Below, piece by piece: positions 9,304-21,280 of a stretch of 64,000 nucleotides of DNA. Made by a program: the position numbers and the translations under genes. The stretch's first letter is position 1; every line of letters starts with the position of its first letter. The stretch is from an uncultured Acidobacteriota bacterium (GTDB lineage Bacteria; Acidobacteriota; UBA6911; RPQK01; JAPXNP01): NCBI GenBank assembly GCA_963777605.1, contig CAVZRV010000008.1:288001-352000 (forward strand), written 5' to 3'. The notes below the pieces were generated by a model. It ran no database searches. It saw only the letters and a program-made list of their open reading frames with translations, and had not been told where the DNA came from.

Positions 9304-12300
9304 CCCGACCGTCGGGGGAACGAGGCCCCTCGAAGATTTCACGCTCTCGGGCAGTTCGGCAAAGGTGTGCTCCCCTCCACCGGAGACCAGGCCCGCAGTT
9401 GTAGACAACTCAACTGCTGGAAGTAACTTCACGGTTTTTGGCAACTCCGCGACTGGAGGAAATCACAGGACTGAAGACGCCTCCGCGAAGAGCGGAAGCT
9501 CCGTCCCTCCGCTTCCGCACTCCAAAGCAAATCGTAAATCTTTCATCGAGTTGCACGCCTGCAGCGCCTTCAGTTTCCTGGAAGGGGCCTCCACTCCGGA
9601 AGCCCTGGCCCAGGAAGCGGCCCGGCTCGGCTACCCCGCCCTGGCCCTGCTCGACCGCAACGGGGTCTACGGAGCCCCGCGCTTTTACCGGGCCTGTCGC
9701 GAGGTGGGGGTCCGCCCGATTGTCGGGGCCGAAGTCAGTCTGCCGGAAGGGCGACTGGCGCTTCTCGTGGAGTCCCAGGCCGGCTACAAGAACCTGTGCC
9801 GGTTGATCACCAACCTGCAGCTCCGCTCGGAGAAGGGAACCGGCGCACCAGCCTCGAAGAGATCTCCGGTTTCACCGAAGGGCTGGTCTGCCTGACCGCC
9901 GGCGGAAACGGAGCCCTGGCTCAACTCATGAAAGCAGACTCGAAGCGGGCCAGGCCTTTTCCTGGAAAAGCTCAAACAGTGCTGGGGCCGGGAAAGAGTC
10001 TTCGTTGAACTGCAGCGCCACTTCTGCCGGGAACAGGAGAAGTTGAACCAGGGCCTCGCCGGCCTGTCCGAGGCAGTCGGCCTGCCGCTTCTGGCCACCA
10101 ACGGCGTCCGCCATGCCAGGGTTTCGGGGCGGATCCTCCACGACATCCTGACCTGTATTCAGCACAAGACCAACCTGGATCGAGCCGGGTGCCTGCTGAA
10201 CCGGAACGCGGAGCGCCACCTCAAGGCCCCTTCCGAAATGGCCGACCTTTTCTCGGACTGCCCCCGGGCCGTGGCCAACACCCTGGAACTTGCTGAGCGA
10301 CTCGATTTTACCCTGCAGGATTTGGGTTACCGGTTCCCCTTTTACCCAACGCCCAACGGCGAAAGCATGCACCGGTACCTGCGCGCGGTCACCCATGCAG
10401 GAGCCCGGGAGCGCTACCGTCCCTATCACGAGAAAGCCCGCCGCCAGATCGAGTACGAACTCGCGATGATCGAGAAACTCGGCCTGGCCGGCTACTTCCT
10501 CATCGTCTGGGACATCGTCCAGTTTTGCCGGCGGAACGGGATCCTCGCCCAGGGACGCGGATCGGCGGCCAACAGTGCGGTTTGTTACAGCCTGGGCATC
10601 ACCGCGGTTGACCCGGTGGGGATGGAACTCCTCTTCGAACGCTTCCTCTCCGAAGAACGGGGAGAGTGGCCCGACATCGACCTGGACCTGCCCAGCGGAG
10701 ACCAGCGGGAGCAGGTGATCCAGTACGTCTACGAACGCTATGGCCGTCGCGGAGCGGCCATGACCGCCAATGTGATCACGTACCGGGCACGCAGTGCGGC
10801 TCGTGAAGTGGGCAAGAGCTTCGGGTTCCCCGGAGACGTGGTGGATCGCCTGTCGAAACTGCTCGTCTCCTGGGGAGAATCCGACCTCGACAACGACCGG
10901 GATCTGCTCGAGCGCTGCCGAAAAGCCGGCCTCGACCCGTCTGTCCGACGGGTCCGGCAATTCGCCCGGCTCTGGAGAGAGATTCAGGACCTGCCCCGCC
11001 ATCTCGGCCAGCACAGCGGGGGGATGATCATCAGCCAGTCCCAACTGGACTCGGTGGTCCCGCTCGAAAACGCCAGCATGCCGGGGCGCACCGTCGTTCA
11101 GTGGGACAAGGACGACTGCGCCAACCTGGGCATCATCAAGGTCGATCTCCTGGGGTTGGGGATGATGGCCGTTATTCACGAAGCGCTGGAATCGATTCGC
11201 GGCCGGAAGATCCCGATCGATCTTGCCCACCTGCCGCAGGACGATCCCAAGGTCTACGACCTGCTGCAGAAGGCCGACACCGTGGGAGTTTTCCAGGTGG
11301 AAAGCCGCGCCCAGATGGCGACGTTGCCCCGGCTCAAGCCGAAGCGGTTCTATGACCTGGTCGTGGAGGTGGCCATCATCCGTCCCGGGCCGATCGTGGG
11401 GGAAATGGTCCACCCCTACCTGCGACGTCGGGAAGGCCTCGAACCGGTGACCTATCCCCACCCGTCACTGGAGCCGATTCTCAAGCGGACCCTCGGAGTT
11501 CCCCTCTTCCAGGAACAGCTGCTCCGTATCGCCATGGTCGCAGCCGGGTTCACCGGGGGCGAAGCCGAGGAATTGAGGCGGGCACTGGGATTCAAGCGGC
11601 CGGATGACGCCATGCGGAAAATCGAAGACAAGCTGCGCAGGGGGCTCGAACGCAACGGGATCACCGAGGAGAAATCAGGCCTGATCATCAAGTACATCAC
11701 TTCTTTCGCGCTCTACGGGTTTCCCGAATCCCACGCCGCCAGTTTCGCCTTACTGGCTTATGCCAGCGCCTACCTCAAGACCCACTTCCCGGCCGATTTC
11801 TATTCGGCGCTGCTCAACAACCAGCCCATGGGTTTTTATCATCCCGCCACCCTGGTCAAGGATGCCCAGCACCGGGGTCAGCGCGTCCGTCCCGTGGACA
11901 TTCAGAAGTCGGGCTGGCGCTGCACGATCGAAGCGGACGGCTCGATCCGGCTGGGGCTGATGTACGCCCGGGGTCTGCGCAAGGAAAAAGGCGAACGGAT
12001 CGAGGATGAACGTCGGCGGCACAGGTTTACCTCGATCGAGGACCTCCAGCAGCGGGTCCGCCTGTCCCGTGGCGAAATCACCACGCTGGCCCGAGTCGGA
12101 GCCCTGAATTCCTTCGGCATGCGACGGCGGGAGGCGCTCTGGCAGGTTGAAAGCGCCGGCCGCTCGGCCGGGCCGCTGCTGGACCATCTTCCCGAGGAAT
12201 TCACGGCTTCTCCATTGAAGGATATGAACCCGACCGAACGCATGGTTTCTGATTACAACGGGACCGGCATTACCATCGGGCCTCACCCCATGGCACTCAA

Positions 12301-12640
12301 ACGGGAATCGTTGAAGCGCATGCGGGTGGTTCCTGCCGTCAACCTGAATTCCGTTCGGGACGGCCACCGGGTCCGGGTCGCGGGAACGGTGATTGTCCGG
12401 CAGCGGCCGATGACGGCGAAGGGATTTCTTTTCCTCAGCCTGGAAGATGAAACCGGAATCTCGAACATCATCGTTCGCCCGCAGATGTTCGATCGCGACC
12501 GTCTCGCCCTCATGAACTCGTCGTTCCTGGTCATCGACGGGGTCCTGCAGAAGCAGAGCGGCGTCCTCTCGGTCCGGGCCGAACGCATCCGGCCTCTGGA
12601 AGTCATTGAGACAGGCCCGGCATCGCACGACTTCCACTGA
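9296..12640 (+). CDS. dnaE2: Error-prone DNA polymerase DnaE2 (ImuC), two apparent frameshifts near 9850 and 9960
   Basis: PHP start ELHACSAFSFLEGASTPE in ORF 9209..9895, bridging segment in 9796..10008, then GRGSAANS, PDIDLD, RQRPMTAKG and terminal SHDFH in 10043..12640; ATG overlaps the imuB stop. Confidence 0.85.
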
Positions 12641-12705
12641 TGAAGTTCCGAATATCGAACATCCGAGACCAACGGCAATTGGAGTACTGAGTTACTCTAT
12701 AAGTT

Positions 12706-14685
12706 ATGGATTCAAGACGAGTCGTGATTTCGAACATCCGCCCCCAAATCGAGTCGGGCCGATTCCCGGTCAAGAGGGTGACCGGGGATACGGTTCTCGT
12801 CCAGGCCGACATCCTGTGTGACGGGCATGACGCCCTTACCGCGCAATTGCTCTACCGAAAGTCCGGCGAGGACCTCCCCTGGGAAACGGTCTTCATGACC
12901 CACCAGGGCAATGATCTTTGGACTGCGTCCTTCACTGTGTCGGACCTCGGGTTCTATGAGTACACGGTTCGAGCCTGGGTGGATCACTTCGAGACCTGGC
13001 GGAGAGACCTGCGCAAGCGGATCGAAGCCGAACAGGATATCGCAGTCGAACTGCTGGTTGGTGCACGCCATGCTGAATCGGCGGCCCAGCGGGCGGAGCG
13101 GTCAGATCGGGAACAACTCCAGGAGTTCGCCCACTTTCTCCGCACCGATGAAGATATTCAGTTGAAGATTCCGCTGGCCCTTGACGACGACCTCGCTGAA
13201 ATCATCCGCCGATATCCGTCTGAAGACCAACAGGCGGTAGCTGACCGGGAATTGAAGATTCAGGTCGACCGCCCCCGGGCATGCTTTAGCAGTTGGTACG
13301 AGTTCTTTCCCCGTTCTTTTGGAAACGATGGGCAGCACGGGACCTTTGCCGCTTGTGAGCAGGCTCTGGAGGACGTGGCGAAGATGGGCTTCGACGTCGT
13401 CTACCTCCCCCCGATCCATCCCATAGGTGAGACCAAGAGGAAAGGAAAGAACAACAGGCCCGAGTCGGAGCCGGTCGATGTCGGGAGCCCCTGGGCGATC
13501 GGGGCATCCGAAGGCGGACACAAGGCCGTTCACCCTCAACTCGGGACGCTGGAGGATTTTCGCCGGTTTGTCTCCAGAGCCGATGACCTGGGCCTTGAGG
13601 TCGCGATCGATATTGCGTTCCAGTGCTCACCGGATCATCCGTATGTCAGCGAGCATCCCGAGTGGTTTCGCTCGCTCCCGGACGGCTCTATCCGGCATGC
13701 CGAGAACCCTCCCAAGAAGTATGAAGACATCGTCCCGTTCGATTTTGAGACTGGAGCAGTCGAGGCGCTCTGGGAAGAGCTGAAGAGTGTCTTCCTGTTC
13801 TGGATTGAACAGGGAGTTCACATCTTTCGCGTCGATAATCCGCACACCAAGCCATTCCCCTTCTGGGAGTGGGTGATTGGCGAGATCCGGGCCCAACACC
13901 CGGACGTCCTTTTCCTGGCCGAAGCGTTCACTCGCCCCAAGATCATGTACCGGCTCGCCAAGTTGGGATTTTCCCAGTCCTACACTTACTTCGCCTGGCG
14001 AAACACCAAGGCGGAGCTGATCGAATACTTCACTGAGCTGACCCAGACGCAGGTTCGTGATTTCTTTCGTCCCAACGCCTGGCCGAACACTCCCGACATC
14101 CTGACCGAGTACCTTCAGACGGGCGGCCGTGCCGCTTTCATGATCCGCTTTCTGCTGGCATCCACACTTTCCGCCAACTACGGCATCTATGGTCCGGCGT
14201 TTGAATCGTGCCTTGCAACGCCACGCGAGATGGGCAGTGAAGAGTATCTCGATTCAGAGAAGTACCAGCTTCGCCAATGGGATCGGGACCAGACCGAAGG
14301 CTTTCGTGCCCTGATCGGCCGCGTCAACCAAATTCGACGGCAGAACCCACCGCTTCAGACAAACGAAACGCTGAAGTTTCACCCGGTGGACAATGAGCAA
14401 CTGCTCTGTTTCAGCAAGGGAGGCGGCTCGGCGGGTGACCTCATCCTGATGGTGGTCAATCTCGACCCCCATCACGAGCACAGCGGCTGGATCGAACTCC
14501 CGCTGGAGGAACTGGGATTCAATTCTCACGAGGCATATCAGGTTCACGACCTGATCAGCGACGCTCGTTTTCTCTGGAACGGGGCCCGCAATTACGTCCA
14601 ACTCAATCCTGGCGTGATGCCCGCGCACATCTTCAAGGTGCGTCGAAAGCTTCGCACCGAGCGAGATTTCGAGTATTTTCTCTGA
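12706..14685 (+). CDS. glgE: alpha-1,4-glucan:maltose-1-phosphate maltosyltransferase
   Basis: SWYEFFPRS, YLPPIHPIG, AENPPKKYEDI, FRVDNPHTKP, AEAFTRP and NTPDIL motifs. Confidence 0.95.
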   Translation: MDSRRVVISNIRPQIESGRFPVKRVTGDTVLVQADILCDGHDALTAQLLYRKSGEDLPWETVFMTHQGNDLWTASFTVSDLGFYEYTVRAWVDHFETWRRDLRKRIEAEQDIAVELLVGARHAESAAQRAERSDREQLQEFAHFLRTDEDIQLKIPLALDDDLAEIIRRYPSEDQQAVADRELKIQVDRPRACFSSWYEFFPRSFGNDGQHGTFAACEQALEDVAKMGFDVVYLPPIHPIGETKRKGKNNRPESEPVDVGSPWAIGASEGGHKAVHPQLGTLEDFRRFVSRADDLGLEVAIDIAFQCSPDHPYVSEHPEWFRSLPDGSIRHAENPPKKYEDIVPFDFETGAVEALWEELKSVFLFWIEQGVHIFRVDNPHTKPFPFWEWVIGEIRAQHPDVLFLAEAFTRPKIMYRLAKLGFSQSYTYFAWRNTKAELIEYFTELTQTQVRDFFRPNAWPNTPDILTEYLQTGGRAAFMIRFLLASTLSANYGIYGPAFESCLATPREMGSEEYLDSEKYQLRQWDRDQTEGFRALIGRVNQIRRQNPPLQTNETLKFHPVDNEQLLCFSKGGGSAGDLILMVVNLDPHHEHSGWIELPLEELGFNSHEAYQVHDLISDARFLWNGARNYVQLNPGVMPAHIFKVRRKLRTERDFEYFL

Positions 14686-14704
14686 AGATCTCCGGTAGAT
14701 AATC

Positions 14705-16804
14705 ATGAACAGTGACCTGATTTACCAGATGGAGGAACTTGCGCGCCTGGTTGGCCTGCAGACGGAGTACTACGATGGGCTTGGCCAGTTCCGCAAGCCG
14801 TCCACAGATTCTGTGTTTGCCGTCCTGAAGAGTCGCTGCACCGATCTCACGGACGTCAGTGATGTGCCTGGTTGCCTTTGGGAAACTCGCAGAGAACGCG
14901 CCTGCCGTCCCTTGGAACCGGTGTCGGTGGTCTGGGAAACCGGTCCGAAGGTATTCCGGCTGAACGTTCCAGCTCGAATCGAAAACTCCACGCTGGAGTT
15001 GTCGGTCCAATTCGAGTGCGGTGGCACGACTCGAATCTCACTGTGTCCGGCGGAGTTGAACGTGAGTGGCGGCTCCGAATGGGATGGGGAGCGTTTCCAG
15101 ATAAGAGAGCTTTCAATCCCCGACGACTGGCCCCTCGGCTATCACCGCCTGCGCCTGGAAGGGGCAGGTCTCGAGTCGGAGAGCATGCTGATCTCGGCGC
15201 CCGCGCGAGCCCACCAGCCGGTGCGCACGTCCACGTGGGGCGTTTTTCTGCCAGTCTATGCTCTCCACTCCGAGGAAAGTTGGGGAGCTGGAGATTTTAC
15301 TGACTTCGCAGCCTTCATGGAGTGGGTGTCCAGCCGGGGCGGGCGCCTGATCGGGACACTCCCCCTGCTCGCAACCTATCTCGATGAGCCCTGTGCCCCC
15401 AGTCCCTATTCTCCGATCAGCCGGAGATTCTGGAGCGAATTCTACGTTGATCCCCGACGTGCTCCGAACTGGGAATCGTGTGCCGCCGCAAGAGCACTTT
15501 TTGAGTCGCCCTCCTTTCAGTCCGAGATTGGCGAACTCCGGAGCAGTCCCCAGGTCGAGTATCGGGGTCAGATGAAGCTGAAGCGGAAGATCCTTACTGT
15601 CCTGGCCGAGCACTGCCGGAGCGGTGAGTCGGGTACCCGCCAGGAATTCGAGAGTTTTGTCAGCGCCCATCCCGGCATCGCGCGCTATGCCACTTTTCGA
15701 TCTGCCGTAGAACGGCTCGGAGCCAACTGGAGGGCTTGGCCGGAACCCCAGAGAAGCGGGCAACTCAACCTAAAGGATCGAGACGACGAGAGACTTTTTT
15801 ATCACCTTTATGCCCAATGGGTGACCCAGTTGCAGGCGGAGTCACTTCTTGCGGCCGCGCGCGCGAAGGATGTCGGCCTCTATCTCGACCTGCCCCTCGG
15901 AGTCCATCCCGACGGTTTCGATGCCTGGGACGAGAGGGAGAGCTTTGCCGAGGGAGTTTCGGGGGGATCTCCTCCGGACGGTTTCTTTACCGAGGGACAG
16001 GATTGGGGCTTCCAACCCATCCACCCCGAGAAGGAGCGGAAGAAAGGTTATCGCTATTTTCGATCCGTTCTGGGCCACATGATGAAGCACTGCGACATGC
16101 TCCGGATCGATCATGCCATGAGCCTGCAGCGTCTGTTCTGGGTTCCCCTTGGACACGAGGCGAGTGACGGTGTTTATGTCTACTATCCGTCGGACGAACT
16201 CTTTGCCGTCGTTGCCCTGGAGTCAACACGGCACAATTGCACGGTTGTCGGCGAGGACCTGGGCACGGTGACCCCCGAAGTCCGCGAGCAGATGCACGAG
16301 CACGGCATCCTCCGGATGTACGTGGGTCAGTTCGAGTTCAACACCGAACAAAATCCTCCTTTCAACGCACCGATTCCGGAAATGGTGGCGGGGTTAAACA
16401 CTCACGATACTGCAACGGCGGCCGGGTTTTGGCATGGGGACGACATTGAACTGCGTCACGAACTGGGCTTGCTGGAAGGGGAGGACCTGGAAAACGAACG
16501 CCGCGGGCGAGTCTACGTGAGGGAACGCATAATGGAGCATCTCGGCATCACCGGCGACCCGCTCTCGGAAGAGGTCCAGCAGGAGGTCCTGCGCCGCTGG
16601 TTGGCTTTCCTCGGAGAGAGTGAATCCGTTCACGTGCTGGTCACGCTAGAGGATCTTTGGGGAGAGCGCCGCCCGCAGAATGTTCCTGGAACTGTGGACG
16701 AAAAGCCCAACTGGCGGGGCAAAAGCCGTTACTCATTTGAAGATTTCAGCGCCGACGACAAGGTCCTGGAGCTCCTGTCCATGATCGCCCAGTTGCGCCG
16801 CTGA
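14705..16804 (+). CDS. malQ: 4-alpha-glucanotransferase (GH77)
   Basis: SPYSPISR, YLDLPLG, GQDWG, LRIDH, GEDLG, NTHD and QNVPGT motifs. Confidence 0.93.
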   Translation: MNSDLIYQMEELARLVGLQTEYYDGLGQFRKPSTDSVFAVLKSRCTDLTDVSDVPGCLWETRRERACRPLEPVSVVWETGPKVFRLNVPARIENSTLELSVQFECGGTTRISLCPAELNVSGGSEWDGERFQIRELSIPDDWPLGYHRLRLEGAGLESESMLISAPARAHQPVRTSTWGVFLPVYALHSEESWGAGDFTDFAAFMEWVSSRGGRLIGTLPLLATYLDEPCAPSPYSPISRRFWSEFYVDPRRAPNWESCAAARALFESPSFQSEIGELRSSPQVEYRGQMKLKRKILTVLAEHCRSGESGTRQEFESFVSAHPGIARYATFRSAVERLGANWRAWPEPQRSGQLNLKDRDDERLFYHLYAQWVTQLQAESLLAAARAKDVGLYLDLPLGVHPDGFDAWDERESFAEGVSGGSPPDGFFTEGQDWGFQPIHPEKERKKGYRYFRSVLGHMMKHCDMLRIDHAMSLQRLFWVPLGHEASDGVYVYYPSDELFAVVALESTRHNCTVVGEDLGTVTPEVREQMHEHGILRMYVGQFEFNTEQNPPFNAPIPEMVAGLNTHDTATAAGFWHGDDIELRHELGLLEGEDLENERRGRVYVRERIMEHLGITGDPLSEEVQQEVLRRWLAFLGESESVHVLVTLEDLWGERRPQNVPGTVDEKPNWRGKSRYSFEDFSADDKVLELLSMIAQLRR

Positions 16805-16908
16805 GAGTACGGCCGACTCCCCTGAAATGGCAAATCGAAAATCGTGATCCCGGATCCGATTTTGCTCTTAACTTGATGATAACAACAATAAATTCTATAA
16901 ATTAGAGT

Positions 16909-18861
16909 ATGGTTAAAGCCACAACAAAGAAGCGTACCCCCGGAGCGAGAAAGCCGAAGGCAGCCTTCTCGCTCCTTTCTGATCAAGATTGTTATTTGTT
17001 CAACGAGGGCTCCCACTACCGTTTGTGGGAGAAGCTCGGCTCCCACCTCGTCAAAGTGGGGCCGAAGTCCGGCGTGTACTTTGCCGTCTGGGCACCCGAA
17101 GCCTTGGAAGTCTCGGTAATTGGAGACTTCAACGGGTGGAATCCCGCCAGCAGTCCCCTGCAGCCCAAGGGGGGCACAGGAATCTGGGAAGGGTTCGTCG
17201 AGGGGATCGGGAAAGGCACCATCTACAAGTACCACATCCGATCGAAATTTAATGACCACCAGGTCCAGAAGGCTGACCCGTACGCCGTCCACGCGGAGGT
17301 CTCTCCCAAATCGGCATCGATTGTCTGGGATTTGGATTATGAGTGGAGCGACCAGGAGTGGATGGAATCGCGGGCAAAACGAAACGCCCTCGACGCCCCA
17401 ATGAGTATCTACGAGGTTCACATGGGCTCTTGGATGCATGCTCAAGAGGATGGCGATCGGCCACTGACCTACCGGGAGATCGCTCCCAGAATGGCCGAAT
17501 ACGTGAACCGGATGGGTTTCACGCACGTCGAGTTTCTGCCCATCATGGAGCATCCCTACGGAGCCTCCTGGGGATACCAGATTACCGGGTTCTTCGCTCC
17601 GACCAGTCGCTTCGGGACGCCACAGGACTTCATGTATCTGGTGGATTACCTTCACCAAAACGGCATCGGCGTCATCCTGGATTGGGTTCCGTCCCACTTC
17701 ACTACCGATGATCACGGACTGGGGTACTTCGACGGTACCTGCCTCTACGAGCACGCCGACCCGAGACAGGGCTACCACCCCGATTGGGGCAGCTACATAT
17801 TCAACTACGGGAGAAACGAGGTAAGGGCCTTTCTAATCAGCGCGGCCTGCTACTGGCTCGATCTCTACCACATCGACGGGTTGAGGGTAGACGCCGTCGC
17901 TTCTATGCTCTACCTCGACTACTCTCGAAAGGACGGGGAATGGATCCCGAACCGGTATGGAGGAAAGGAGAACGTCGATGCTATCTCCTTCTTGCGCCAG
18001 TTCAACAACGAAGTATACCGGGCCTTCCCCGATGTCCAAACGATCGCCGAGGAATCCACTTCCTGGGGCATGGTCTCAAGGCCGACCTACCTGGGTGGGC
18101 TCGGTTTCGGTATGAAGTGGGACATGGGTTGGATGCACGACACGCTGGAGTACATGTCCAAGGACTCCATTCATCGTCGATTTCATCACAACAACCTCAC
18201 GTTTCGCATGCTGTACGCATTTCACGAGAACTTCGTTTTGCCCCTGTCTCATGACGAGGTCGTCCATGGAAAGGGGTCACTGCTGGGTAAGATGCCGGGG
18301 GATGACTGGCAAAAGTTCGCCAATCTCAGGGTGCTGTTTGGGTATATGTACGCCCAGGCAGCCAAGAAACTGCTGTTCATGGGAGGGGAATTCGGACAGT
18401 GGAACGAGTGGTATCACGAGGTCAGTCTCGACTGGCATCTGACCGAGTTGCCTCTTCACTCCGGCCTCCAGAAATGGGTTGCTGACCTGAATCGCCTCTA
18501 CCGGGAACAGCCGGCCCTGCACGAACTCGACTTCGATCCTGCAGGCTTTGACTGGATCGATTGCGGCGACGTTGACCAGAGTGTGATCAGCCTCCTGAGG
18601 AAAGGGCGCAGGGAAGAGGACGTAGTTGCCGTCGTGTGCAACTTCACACCCATTGTTCGCCAGAACTACCGGGTCGGGGTCCCGACAGGGGGATTCTGGG
18701 AGGAAATGCTGAACAGCGATGCGCAGGACTATGGTGGCAGCGGCCAGGGAAACCTCGGCGGCGTGATTGCGGCCCCGGTTCCCTTCCATGGCCGGCCATA
18801 CTCGGTCAATCTCACCCTCCCCCCACTGGGAGTGGTCTTCCTGAAGAACCGCCAGCTATAG
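16909..18861 (+). CDS. glgB: 1,4-alpha-glucan branching enzyme (GH13)
   Basis: [41 protein letters not shown] and [10 protein letters not shown] motifs. Confidence 0.95.
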   Translation: MVKATTKKRTPGARKPKAAFSLLSDQDCYLFNEGSHYRLWEKLGSHLVKVGPKSGVYFAVWAPEALEVSVIGDFNGWNPASSPLQPKGGTGIWEGFVEGIGKGTIYKYHIRSKFNDHQVQKADPYAVHAEVSPKSASIVWDLDYEWSDQEWMESRAKRNALDAPMSIYEVHMGSWMHAQEDGDRPLTYREIAPRMAEYVNRMGFTHVEFLPIMEHPYGASWGYQITGFFAPTSRFGTPQDFMYLVDYLHQNGIGVILDWVPSHFTTDDHGLGYFDGTCLYEHADPRQGYHPDWGSYIFNYGRNEVRAFLISAACYWLDLYHIDGLRVDAVASMLYLDYSRKDGEWIPNRYGGKENVDAISFLRQFNNEVYRAFPDVQTIAEESTSWGMVSRPTYLGGLGFGMKWDMGWMHDTLEYMSKDSIHRRFHHNNLTFRMLYAFHENFVLPLSHDEVVHGKGSLLGKMPGDDWQKFANLRVLFGYMYAQAAKKLLFMGGEFGQWNEWYHEVSLDWHLTELPLHSGLQKWVADLNRLYREQPALHELDFDPAGFDWIDCGDVDQSVISLLRKGRREEDVVAVVCNFTPIVRQNYRVGVPTGGFWEEMLNSDAQDYGGSGQGNLGGVIAAPVPFHGRPYSVNLTLPPLGVVFLKNRQL

Positions 18862-19019
18862 AACATTTGTGATTTGTGGGGCGTGTTGCCCAAATCCTCT
18901 TCCCGAGATGTCAGGGTAACTTATGGGAATAGAGTAAAAGGAGGACAGATCGTGGCAGAATCTCCGTAGTCAAAGGTTCAAGTGCTAATGGAGAAATCAG
19001 TGGGATAGCGATTAAAATA

Positions 19020-20736
19020 TTAAAGAGCGTTCTGCTCTAGAGGTAAGAATGCCCCAAAAGCGCTGCCCAAGCCCGGTTCGCTTTCTACTGTGACGACGCC
19101 GCTGTGGGCGCGCACAATCCCCAGGACCACAGCCAGGCCCATACCGCGTCCGGTGAACTTGCTGGAGAAAAAAGGATCGAATAGCTTCTCCATATCCTTA
19201 TCCTCAATCCCGCAACCCGTATCAGTTACTTCCAGGCAGGCATAGGCATTGTCCTGCGGTTGCCAGTCCAAAGGGAAACGGTGTGCTGCCTTGATATCCC
19301 GGGCAAGAACCGATTTGACACTCAGGCGAATGGTACCCTCTCCCTCACCGATAGCCTCCCCGGCATTGGTGATCAGGTTGGTCAGGATCTGCGAAATCTG
19401 GTTCGTATTCGCCATGATAACCGGCCCTGGAACTGGAAGATCGGTTTCCAGCGTCACTTTTCCAGGCACAATGGCTTGAAGCATGGGCAGCGCCTTATGG
19501 CAGGCCCCTGAAAAATCCATGGGCTCATTTTTCCCGAATGATTGACCAAGGTAGGTCAACATCAGGCCGCTCATCTCGGCTGCCCTTTTGGAAGCATTCA
19601 AAGCCTCGGTGATATTAGTGTCAGGACTCGCCCCTTCGGAAAGCGCTATCATCGGACAGATCGAGATTCCCGATCACCGCCCCGAGTATGTTGTTGAAAT
19701 GATGCGCGATGGCCCCGGCCATGCGGCCCAGACTTTCAGCCTTCTGAAGCTGCCTGTTTTGAGCCTCCAGTTTTGCCTTTTCGGTTTCCGCCTGCTTGCG
19801 TTCGGAGATGTCCCGTTCGACATACAGAATGCTTTCAGGATTGCCGTTAGAATCAACCAAAATAGTGGAATTAACGTCGATATAAAACCGGCTTTTATCT
19901 TTTTTAACAGCCAGATATTCTGTCAGCCTATGATCCTTTTCACCGGCCAGAACTTTGCGAATATTGTCAATCAGTTTTTTGTGATTTGAAGGATCAATAA
20001 AACCTAAAACTGATTTTCCTAAATATTCATCTTTTTCCGCGGTAGAAAAACCATGCATTTTGACCAGTTTATCGGAAATCAGTTGTATCTTCCCATCTAA
20101 AGATAATATTCCTATTCCATCAGGTAAGAGTGATGTGATGGCTTCGATTTTTTGGTTGCTTTGCTGTAGGGCATCCCCGGTCTGCTTGCGCTCGGCAATC
20201 TCGCGCGTCAGTTCTTCATTTGTCTTTTGCAGATGGTCATTTGCCTCGGAAAGCTGCATCGTCCGTTCGGCTATCAGCTGTTCAAGAACCTGATTACGCT
20301 CCACTAACGCTTGCATTGGATAGACTTCGCCATCTTGAACCAGGTTGTAGGGAATGGAAATACTGCTGTGACAGATTTTCCAGCCTTCGGATTCTTTGCG
20401 GAAAATCAATACCAGTCGAGCTGTCTCTCGTGACAGGATATGCTCTTTGAAAGGTAGATGAATAGTAAAAAAACCGGTGGTAACGGCTATCGTATCACTC
20501 AGTGACTGGATGGCCACATCCTTGAGTTCGATACGGAGCGGATTTTTGACCTCGGTGAAGTCCTGGCGGGTAATCGCGACCCATTCTTCCCTGTCTTTAA
20601 CCAGAAAATCCCCACCTCCTGTAAAGCCGGAAAAGTCATCACTGAAACAGGTGGTGAGTTGATCGTCACGTGATGAATACATCCGCAGGTAGTCGTCAAA
20701 CAGTTGTCGTATTTCCTGATACTCGTTTACATCCAT
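19020..20736 (-). CDS. SnoaL-like/PAS sensor histidine kinase, frameshifted near 19650
   Basis: N-terminal NTF2/SnoaL-like domain, PAS region (ERDISERK) and H-box AGAIAHHFNN in 19621..20736; N, G1, F and G2 boxes (NLITNA, DTGCG, FDPFF, GRGMGL) in 19020..19652. Confidence 0.8.
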
Positions 20737-20900
20737 TGATTAAGGGGCCTTTTCATCTGTCCTTCGTTTTAGTGAATGCGGGCAACCCTTTTATTACTAG
20801 ATAACTTCAATGCACTTTATCAAGAGACAGGGCAATGTCATCCTCCTGTTTCCCCCTTCTACGACTTCTGCATGAGACAAGAATATATCCCTGCCAGTCA

Positions 20901-21192
20901 CACTTGTCCAAATTAGGAATTCAGGATTGAGGGGCTGAGCCCGGCCTCGTACGATTGGGTTTGTCCAAAAGCCTGATCGAAGAGGAGGACCCAGCCCATG
21001 AACCGATTTTGCAGCATCTTCAGTCAACTTCTCCAGCTTTTTCCGCGCCTCGAGTGCCAGGAGCTGGTCCGCGAGACGAAAGCCGAGCATCACACCCGAG
21101 GATTTGCCAGCTGGACGCAGTTCGTCGCCATGCTGTTCTGCCAACCGGGCCGCGCCCACAGGTTGAGAGAAATCTGTGGAGGTCTGGACATG
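20901..21192 (+). mobile_element. IS4-family transposase remnant (N-terminal DUF4372-like part only)
   Basis: ORF from 20998 MNRFCSIFSQLLQLFPR...WTQFVAMLFCQ...LREICGGL, after which similarity ends; weak TGTCCA/TGGACA ends. Confidence 0.7.
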
Positions 21193-21280
21193 AACAACGC
21201 CAAAATCAAAATGTTACATGGGTGCCCTTTGATTCTTCCGCTTGTCTCCGGACACTGTGAGTGGCATCATTTCTTCCCTT

